Shown here: piece after piece, positions 56,897 through 64,000 of the stretch
Layout of the letters: every line of letters starts with the position of its first letter
Numbering within the stretch: the first letter of the stretch is position 1
NCBI GenBank assembly: GCA_934098485.1
Contig: CAKOOH010000001.1
Location: 68,329 to 132,328 of the forward strand
Source of the DNA: an uncultured Bacilli bacterium
GTDB lineage: Bacteria; Bacillota_I; Bacilli_A; RF39; UBA660
Reading direction: 5' to 3'
Length of the DNA: 64,000 nucleotides
Translations under genes and position numbers: made by a program
Notes under the pieces: generated by a model
The model's database searches: none
What the model saw: the letters and a program-made list of their open reading frames with translations, nothing else
What the model was told of the DNA's origin: nothing

Positions 56897-57442
56897 ATGG
56901 AACTTTGGGGATTTTTATTTATAAGTTTATTTGGAACTTTAGGACACTTTATGTATGAATGGACCAATCATAATAAATATGCGTCTATTATATTTGCGGT
57001 AAATGAAAGCACATGGGAACATATGAAATTAGTGGTTTTTCCATCGCTAATTTGGATATTTGTAGAAATTCCATTTCTATATAATAATCCTAATTTTATA
57101 GCGGCTAAATTTATTTCACTAGTTACTATGTTAATTTTAATTCCGGTACTGTTTTATTTGTATAAATTATTTTTTAAAAAACATAGTTTAATTTATAGTA
57201 TTGTAGAATTTTTAATTTCCATAGCAGCTGGTCAATATCTTAGTTACTTAGTGCTTCAAGCTGATGCCATAAATCCGATTTATAATTATATTAGTTTAAT
57301 TTTGTTAATCTTAATTATTAGTTATTTTTTAGTAGCAACTTTAATTCCTGGAACAAGTGAATTATATACTGATCCGATTACTAATAAAAAAGGAATAAAA
57401 GGACATACTCATATGAGTCATGATCATAAAGAACACAAATAG
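56897..57442 (+). CDS. hypothetical membrane protein (5-6 TM)
   Basis: Hydrophobic 181-aa ORF with a His-rich C-terminus (HTHMSHDHKEHK). Confidence 0.4.
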   Translation: MELWGFLFISLFGTLGHFMYEWTNHNKYASIIFAVNESTWEHMKLVVFPSLIWIFVEIPFLYNNPNFIAAKFISLVTMLILIPVLFYLYKLFFKKHSLIYSIVEFLISIAAGQYLSYLVLQADAINPIYNYISLILLILIISYFLVATLIPGTSELYTDPITNKKGIKGHTHMSHDHKEHK

Positions 57443-57520
57443 TTTGAACTCCTAACGTGTTTTTTTTATTATTTATTTACTTTTAAGAAAAGTTTTTATA
57501 TAATAAATATCGCAACTTGG

Positions 57521-58723
57521 GTGAGAAGTATGAATACAAAGAAAAAAGCAATTAAATATATAACAGAAAAATTAAAAAATAAACCAGATATATTAGCAAA
57601 AAGTATAATGGCAGGTTTCTTATTAGAAAGTGCTGGCGCTAGTGATAATGAAGTAATTGCTGGTTATCTTTCTTTTGTCATAGATGAAAACGGTGACTGT
57701 ATAGAGGAAATAATTTCTTTTTTTGGTGGAGAAATAAGTAGTTTAGTACTTACTTCAAAAAGAATTGTTGGAGAAATGTCTATTGAAGAGAGAATGAGAC
57801 AAAATAATAAAAATATTATTGGATTACCTGATAAGAATAAAGATGTTTTATGTGCGAAAATCATAGCATATTTAGAATATGATAAAGATAAAAAAGGTAG
57901 CGATGAATTTTTAAATGATATTGATGCTCCACTAGATAAAAAGATGACACTTTTAAATGGTATGTTTAACCATTTAGCAACTGATTATGCAAGTTCTTTA
58001 ATTTCTATGCTATATTCTTTACTTAATGAAATGATGATTGCTGATTATGGTTTTTCTTATGTAGAAAACTTTGTGCCTAGTGATTTACGAACAGAATTAA
58101 ATCATTTAAAAAATGCTTTGCTAAGTAATAAACCTTATTTAATTATATTAACAAATGGAGAATTTAATACTTCTAGTTCTTTTAGTGATGTTCTTCTAAA
58201 ATTATTTGATGTAAAATATCGTCTTAAGGTTAATGATAGAGAAGAAAATTTATCTTTTGATTATATAAAAGAAAGTCTTTCTTTAGTAGAAAAAAATCTT
58301 TTACTTAGCGCTTCATTAAAGGGAAACGTCTTAGAAAGATTAATTGGCGATGATAGTGTAATTTTGGGAAGTGACTATTTATTAGAACTTTTTGATTTTG
58401 TCGCAATGCTTATAAAAGAAAAAACAATTTCCTTAGAAGATATAAAGAATTTTGCTAGTAAAAATCAAAGACTTATAGAAAGTGCAGTGAATATTGTTTT
58501 TGTAAATTATGCTGCTAATAAGGAATTGGATTTAGAAGATAGTAATACTAGCGAGTATGAAGATTTACTGGAAAACTGTAAAAGGCTAATTGTAAGTGAT
58601 GTAAAAGACGTTGATATAACTAAAATTACAAGTAGAGAAGAAACAGTAATAATTACAGGAATGTTACTTCCATATATGGATAAAGGTAGAATTCTTGCAT
58701 TAAGAGAAAGTATTATAAAATAA
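57521..58723 (+). CDS. hypothetical protein; the N-terminus resembles a degenerate HD domain
   Basis: ..IMAGFLLESAGASDNEVIAGYLSFVIDENGD.. resembles the HD-domain helix pair, but the HD dyad is replaced. Confidence 0.3.
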   Translation: MRSMNTKKKAIKYITEKLKNKPDILAKSIMAGFLLESAGASDNEVIAGYLSFVIDENGDCIEEIISFFGGEISSLVLTSKRIVGEMSIEERMRQNNKNIIGLPDKNKDVLCAKIIAYLEYDKDKKGSDEFLNDIDAPLDKKMTLLNGMFNHLATDYASSLISMLYSLLNEMMIADYGFSYVENFVPSDLRTELNHLKNALLSNKPYLIILTNGEFNTSSSFSDVLLKLFDVKYRLKVNDREENLSFDYIKESLSLVEKNLLLSASLKGNVLERLIGDDSVILGSDYLLELFDFVAMLIKEKTISLEDIKNFASKNQRLIESAVNIVFVNYAANKELDLEDSNTSEYEDLLENCKRLIVSDVKDVDITKITSREETVIITGMLLPYMDKGRILALRESIIK

Positions 58724-58756
58724 AAAAACTAACTTAAAATTTTCCAAAGTTAGTTT

Positions 58757-59032
58757 TTATTTGTGAGTATTTTCATAATAATTACGTTCAGCAAGTTCTG
58801 TTAATATTATATCTAATTCTTCATCAAGAGTGTCTTCATATGCTTCTTCGGCTTCATAGATAATTTCATTTAAAGATGACATATTTTGATAATCAATATT
58901 AAATCTTTTTAAAACTTCAATTTGATAATTAGTTAAGTATAATTTGTCATTAACTTTAATCAATTTATTTTTTTGAAAATCAACATTTTTTAGTAAATCA
59001 TTAATGTTTTCCATATTAAATAAAGGATACAA
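58757..59032 (-). CDS. hypothetical protein (91 aa)
   Basis: ORF only. Confidence 0.35.
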   Translation of the reverse strand: MYPLFNMENINDLLKNVDFQKNKLIKVNDKLYLTNYQIEVLKRFNIDYQNMSSLNEIIYEAEEAYEDTLDEELDIILTELAERNYYENTHK

Positions 59033-59213
59033 TATCGATGATATTTTTACTTTCTAAAATATATAAAATAGTGATGATGATAAGAATTATTAAAATTATT
59101 ATTAATATAGTTATAAGGGAGCGGCTTCCTAATCTTTCAGTAGCTACGGGACTTTCCACAATTAATTTCTTTTTGAATTCTTCACTATCATTTTTATTAT
59201 TCAAATAGATCAC
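59016..59213 (-). CDS. small membrane protein (65 aa)
   Basis: Single hydrophobic helix. ORF only. Confidence 0.3.
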   Translation of the reverse strand: MIYLNNKNDSEEFKKKLIVESPVATERLGSRSLITILIIILIILIIITILYILESKNIIDIVSFI

Positions 59214-59236
59214 CTTTTCTTTTAATAAATTATATC

Positions 59237-60016
59237 TTATTTAAAATATTTCTTCAATTTTTTTCGGAATTTCTTAGGATTTAGTAAGTAAAGTGCTAAA
59301 AGGATAGTGGCAAGCAATATATATTCAAAAGTTCCCGTTTTACGCGTAAATTTAGCAGTTAATTCAATATTGGAAGTAATCTTAGTATTAAAGTCAAATT
59401 TTTGATCATTTAAATACCAACCGTCAAAATTATAACCACTTTTTTCGGGAGTAAAACTTGCAACCACCTCGTTTTCATCTACTTTAACTTGTTTTTCATT
59501 ATTGTCATATATAAACTTAACAATATAGGTAACAGGTGTGTAGTCGCTCCATAATCCTAATTTTTGCTTTTTTGCTTCATTTTCAATTTCATATAATTCT
59601 TCTAAATAAGAGTACTTTCCATAAACGTATTTTATTTTGGCATAGCCAACTTCGATTAATTCTTTTTGAAGTAAACTATTATCAACCCAAACCCATGCAA
59701 GTATGCGACCATATTTATCTAATTTAGTACTTTTATCATCATATTCAAGTTCGATTTTTTTAGCATTTGTAATTTTATTACAGGTATAACTACTAGCGTC
59801 TTTGCCGTAAGCTTCAACTTCTTTATTGGGATGAACCGTTTCGGGGGTATCTATTGCTAGAAATCTTACTTTTGTTTTTTCTCCATCAATATTAAAAACA
59901 GCTGTATCACCATCTACACATTTAACGAATTTAACAGTTTCTTTAGTATTTGCATAAACATTATTATTTAGATTTAATGTTAATAAAAACAGACTTATAA
60001 ACAATATCTTTTTCAT
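59237..60016 (-). CDS. nuc: secreted, membrane-anchored thermonuclease (SNase family)
   Basis: Signal peptide. SNase core VKCVDGDTAVFNIDGEKTKVRFLAIDTPET..YGKDAS....DKYGRILAWVW. C-terminal hydrophobic anchor. Confidence 0.75.
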   Translation of the reverse strand: MKKILFISLFLLTLNLNNNVYANTKETVKFVKCVDGDTAVFNIDGEKTKVRFLAIDTPETVHPNKEVEAYGKDASSYTCNKITNAKKIELEYDDKSTKLDKYGRILAWVWVDNSLLQKELIEVGYAKIKYVYGKYSYLEELYEIENEAKKQKLGLWSDYTPVTYIVKFIYDNNEKQVKVDENEVVASFTPEKSGYNFDGWYLNDQKFDFNTKITSNIELTAKFTRKTGTFEYILLATILLALYLLNPKKFRKKLKKYFK

Positions 60017-60114
60017 ATTTTTACCTCTATATAATAATAAAGTTAATTTTTAAATTTAGCAATATATTTGTTTAAAGATGTATTTATTTATGATACAATT
60101 ATTTAGAATAAGAG

Positions 60115-61725
60115 GTGGCTTTTGTGAAAGTAATAAACGATTTATTAAATGCTTTAACAAATGTAGAAAAATCTATTGGTGATCCAATTAATGATGCTCA
60201 AACTCGAAAAAATGAGATTTTAGAAATTAAAAATATATTATTTAATTATAATAACGAAATAACAGAAAAAAATATATTAGATTTTAAAGATGAAGATATC
60301 AAACGCATTTTAGAACTTTATAGTCATGATAATAATGAACTATATAAACAATATAATATATATAAAAATATCGTTGTTTCATATGAAGAAATAAATAATA
60401 AATATAAAAATATTGATGCTCCGCAGGTGGAAAGTGCTAAAAAATGGTTTAAAAAACTTGCTTTTGACATCACAAAATATATGCAAAATGTAACAGATAC
60501 AACCGATGAATATATAAAATCATTAAAAGAAAAAAATGTTTTGCCACGTAAATACTTAAATATGTTTAAAAACGAAAAATTAGTTGAACCTATATTATCA
60601 ATAAGTGAATTTAATGAACTCATAAATGAGATGTTTTTTGATTTAAAAAAGAGAATAAAAATTAAAAGCGAAATTGCTAAAATGAATGTGGAAATAATGT
60701 TTTTAGATGATCAAGAAGAAAGTGCAGCAGTCTTAGAACTAGAAAAATATAAGAATTTAGTAGAAAATGTTAAATCTAAACAGCAAAAAATTTATGATGA
60801 ATTGAATGAGCAAAAATTTACAGTAAATGAAGTTAAAGATAAAACTGATGAATTAAGTAAAAAATATAAACTAGATGAAAAGACGCTTCAAGATGTTATT
60901 AAAGCGGTTTTACTTAATAAAGAATTAAATAATGAAAATGTATCTTTAGAAAAATTAGAGGAAATATATAATTTAAAATTAGAACTAACTAAAGAGGAAA
61001 ATAAAAAAAGTGATCTAGAAGATGCTTCTATAATAAGTGAAGTTAATCAAATTTTAGAAAAAGAAAAAAGATTAATTAATAAAACAAACGAAAAAGAATT
61101 TGATATTTATCTAGCGCAAAGTATTGATTCTAACGATGAAAAAGCAATAAGTTATAAAATTGTTTCTGTATTAACTGCTTTATATAGCGAGTGTGAAAAG
61201 TTAAAAAATTCAAAAGGATTAAAACTTACCCATGATAATGCGGTAGGAAATATTAGACAGTATATTGATGCTTATAATGTTTTACATGAAACGTTAGAAA
61301 AAGTATTAAATGAAAAGATGAAAAAAGTCCTTTATTTAACAAATAAAAAGGAATATCCTTATATATTGGAAGATGCTAAAAAGTACAATGAAACGGAAAA
61401 AAATGGTTTATATGATTTACTTTATAATCTTTTTTATGAAGATATAAGTAAGGTAAAATGTAGTGAAATTTTATCTGATTTAGAAATATATAGAATTAGT
61501 AATGATGTTATAAAAATGGCTTTTATTAAGTTAGATAATGATTATCTTTTGGTTTTAAATGCATCTATAATTAATGGTGATGATAAACCAAGTTCATTTG
61601 TTTTTTCACAAGACGTTAAAGTTATAAAAGATGTAATAAAAATGAGTAGTGATAAGGATAAAATAGAAAAACTTTATAAAAAGCAGGCTAAATTTAGAAA
61701 AGAGTTATGGGAAACTTTAAACTAG
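60115..61725 (+). CDS. hypothetical coiled-coil protein (536 aa)
   Basis: Lys/Glu-rich heptad-like sequence with no enzymatic motif. Confidence 0.4.
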   Translation: MAFVKVINDLLNALTNVEKSIGDPINDAQTRKNEILEIKNILFNYNNEITEKNILDFKDEDIKRILELYSHDNNELYKQYNIYKNIVVSYEEINNKYKNIDAPQVESAKKWFKKLAFDITKYMQNVTDTTDEYIKSLKEKNVLPRKYLNMFKNEKLVEPILSISEFNELINEMFFDLKKRIKIKSEIAKMNVEIMFLDDQEESAAVLELEKYKNLVENVKSKQQKIYDELNEQKFTVNEVKDKTDELSKKYKLDEKTLQDVIKAVLLNKELNNENVSLEKLEEIYNLKLELTKEENKKSDLEDASIISEVNQILEKEKRLINKTNEKEFDIYLAQSIDSNDEKAISYKIVSVLTALYSECEKLKNSKGLKLTHDNAVGNIRQYIDAYNVLHETLEKVLNEKMKKVLYLTNKKEYPYILEDAKKYNETEKNGLYDLLYNLFYEDISKVKCSEILSDLEIYRISNDVIKMAFIKLDNDYLLVLNASIINGDDKPSSFVFSQDVKVIKDVIKMSSDKDKIEKLYKKQAKFRKELWETLN

Positions 61726-61738
61726 GTGGTGATAAAAA

Positions 61739-64000
61739 TGGTAAATGAAGAATATGTTATTAAACTTATAAAAAATAAACTAGAGATGGTTGATGCAGAA
61801 AAAAAAGATCAAATAGATTTGTTAAGTATTGCAAATTTAAAAGATATTTTAAAAAGAATCAATGATGATAAAGAATATTTTAACTATTTTCTTTTGGATA
61901 TTAAAGATGAAGATATAAATGCCATTTTGTCAATTACCAAAGATGATGAAGAAAAAAATAACTTTGCTGGTATGCTTTTCTATATAAAAAAAATAATTGA
62001 AATTAGTAAGAAAGAAGAAACCGCAATACCATTAAGTGACAATCAATTATTGGTTTTAAAAGAGTTTGCTGAGTTACTAAAACGTTATGTTAATATAAGT
62101 GAATATAAAAATGAGACACTTAAAGGAAAAGAAGCGAAAAATAAAACCGCACTTCTAGCGATTTTAGAAAAACTAGAAAAGAAAGCTCATTTAAATGGCA
62201 AAGATATTGATAATTTAAAACTTTTGGATGTTTCTTTAACTGAACTTGATCAAATTATTTCATTTGTAAACGAGTATAATGTACAAGTTTATTTAGATTC
62301 TCAAAACGGCGAGGAAAAGGCGAATGTAACTACTACCGCGACTGATAAAGAAGAAAACCAAGAAAAATTAGAAGAAGCAAATACTGATGAGGTTACAAAA
62401 GAAGCGTTTTTAGAAAAGCCTAGCGAAGAAGAAAAAATTGAAACAAATGTAAATGATGCAGATTTAGAAAATAAAAAGGAAGTAAGCCCAAGTAAAGAAG
62501 AAAATATTAAGAAAGATGTTCCTAAAAAGAAAAAAGAGAATAATGCTGATGTTAGTAAAATTGTAAATGATCCATATCATGCAATGGGTGATAGTTTACA
62601 AAAAGATGATGAACCAAAAATTATTTTTAAAAAGAGTCTTAACCAGATAATTGAAGAAGATTTACTTCCGAAAACAGACAAGCAATTAGATACAAATGAT
62701 AACAGTGGTGAGGAAATTGATTTATTTAAACCACAGAGTTTTGATTTTGTGCCAAAACAGTCAAAGAACAAAGAAGATGACACTTTCAAAAATGAAGAAA
62801 TAACAGCAAATGAAGAAATGGCACCAACTGATGAAAAAGTATCTATGGAAGAAGAAAGCCCATTAAAAGAAAATGCAGCGCCTACTATAGTAAATACTGG
62901 TACAGTAGCAGATGGAATAACGGAAATAAAAAATTGGTTAAAAGAACTTAATATTAATTATGATGAACTTCCAGCTGGTAGTAAAAGTCAGTTATTAAAT
63001 AATAGTAATATGGAGGATATTAAAGGTGTAATATCATATTTAAAAGAAAAGAGATATACAAAAGAAATAATGATGCGACCACTTTGTTTACTTTTATCGC
63101 AAACAAATGATAAAAGTATGAACGCTAGTATCAACTTATTAAATAAATATTATAAACTTACTGATGAAAATATAGTATCTTTAATTAATAGATTTACGGT
63201 AATATTTACGAAAAAGGGCTATAACAATTTAATAAAAAATATTGACATCATTAAAAATCTAGATGGACAGTTAGTTGCAGATGTTATTCAGAAAAATCCT
63301 GGTTTACTTGCTACAAATAGTGATAATTTGAAGGAGGTTTTGGAAGTTTTAAGCAACTTTAAAGTTAGCAGTAGTATTTTCTTACATACGTGGATCTATA
63401 ATTTAGATGTTAATGATTTACTAAAAAATGTAGATGTTTTAAATAGTTATGGACTTGATGCTTATACTTATATTGATGATGAAACTTTTACACTTTTATT
63501 AAACCCTAATTTGCCTTTTATGCTTGATCAGTTTATTGAAATGGGAATGGATAGTTATATTTATAGTGATGAAACGCAAGCATTTAGAAAAATTAAATCT
63601 TTAATTATTAAGAGAATTTTCTATGCTTATAAAAATAATTTATCTATTTGGAAAAACGATAATGTGATTGATTCTTTTGAAAAGATTATTCAAAATAATT
63701 ATTTGATTGTTAGTGAAGATGATATAACCGGTTTAATAAAAAAATATCCAAAACTTGAAGCCTTAGAAGAAGGGTATAGATTAGCATTATACACTAATAC
63801 CAATATGGCGAAAATAAAAAGAAAGTGTGAACTTGTTTTTGGTAATAAAATTATATCAAGATTAAAGGTATATAGTGTTCTTAACTGCTTATTAGATGCG
63901 GGAATTAGTTTAAAGGAAGCCTTAATTTATGCGATAACCTATAATTCAATTTTGGAGCCTTATGAACTTGAAAAACTAGAAACATGTGTAAATAATATTA
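61739..64000 (+). CDS. large hypothetical protein; 3' end beyond the window
   Basis: RBS AGGTGGTGA before ATG 61739. The frame stays open to position 64000. An acidic low-complexity middle region is followed by a conserved-looking helical C-terminal part. Confidence 0.4.

Noticed and set aside
57664-57864. 66-aa minus-strand ORF inside the 57521 gene
   Set aside because: Antisense chance ORF.
59536-59727. 63-aa plus-strand ORF inside the thermonuclease gene
   Set aside because: Antisense to the conserved SNase core.
60324-60623. 99-aa minus-strand ORF inside the coiled-coil gene
   Set aside because: Antisense, low-complexity.
62577-62789. 70-aa minus-strand ORF inside the terminal large gene
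   Set aside because: Antisense chance ORF.
1-64000. Alternative genetic code (TGA=Trp, Mollicutes-like) suggested by extreme AT-richness and the TGA inside IS3 orfB
   Set aside because: Multiple well-supported genes terminate at TGA (the hsdM remnant/hsdS junction, the 31907 gene). Long conserved ORFs are intact under code 11. The IS3 TGA is better explained as a nonsense mutation.
1-64000. CRISPR arrays, tRNA and rRNA genes
   Set aside because: No regularly spaced identical repeats of 24-40 bp with unique spacers were seen. The tandem doublets are only 2-3 units, separated by kilobases. No cloverleaf-like GC-rich segments or rRNA-like conserved stretches were noticed by eye. A tRNAscan or Infernal run would be the definitive check.

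Overview
Low-GC (about 25-30% GC), Firmicutes-type chromosomal segment (Clostridia/Erysipelotrichia-like). It uses the standard code: TGA behaves as a stop throughout. No tRNA, rRNA or CRISPR array was found. Left core, 1-11.6 kb: murA, rpmE, rpiB, a SpoIID-like gene, an M23/LytM-domain gene, pyruvate:ferredoxin oxidoreductase (PFOR), recG and a DUF975 membrane protein. From about 11.6 to 34.4 kb lies a roughly 23 kb accessory/defence island built from modules. Module 1 holds an AbiEi-like wHTH protein with two small partners (a Zn-ribbon and a frameshifted ORF), an AbiL-like pair (AAA_21 ATPase plus RloB-like), an RloC/PrrC-like zinc-hook ABC ATPase, a frameshifted tyrosine integrase, a 3' remnant of hsdM, an intact orphan hsdS, and a 909-aa protein with a C-terminal RecD/Pif1-like SF1 helicase and an unknown N-terminal half. 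Module 2 is a GNAT acetyltransferase plus a VanY-type peptidase. Module 3 holds a two-gene operon of unknown function whose larger product carries a RecB/Cas4-like D..EFK..QxxxY motif, a decayed IS3-family element inserted at the 3' end of a second decayed integrase paralog, a four-gene restriction-modification-like operon (two DNA methyltransferases, a small PD-(D/E)xK protein and an unknown 334-aa protein), and a membrane protein. The modules are separated by recurring sequence elements. TTAGGTA(C/A) tandem doublets with an 11-12 bp period occur five times, twice with an inverted third copy. Three of them lie 40-50 bp downstream of a conserved CCCCTGAAGAG-plus-hairpin terminator element, and two GGGAACA doublets flank module 3. 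This points to serial site-specific accretion of cassettes at one hotspot, or alternatively an island-wide operator regulon. Right core, 34.4-64 kb: a rhodanese-like lipoprotein pair, a TetR regulator with a perfect palindromic operator controlling an acyl-CoA synthetase and an ABC exporter, TspO, a compact UvrD-like helicase, addA, addB, a second VanY peptidase, an S1 protease, htpG, a GH25 lysozyme, a DUF362 protein, a membrane-anchored thermonuclease and two large coiled-coil proteins (the last runs off the window end).
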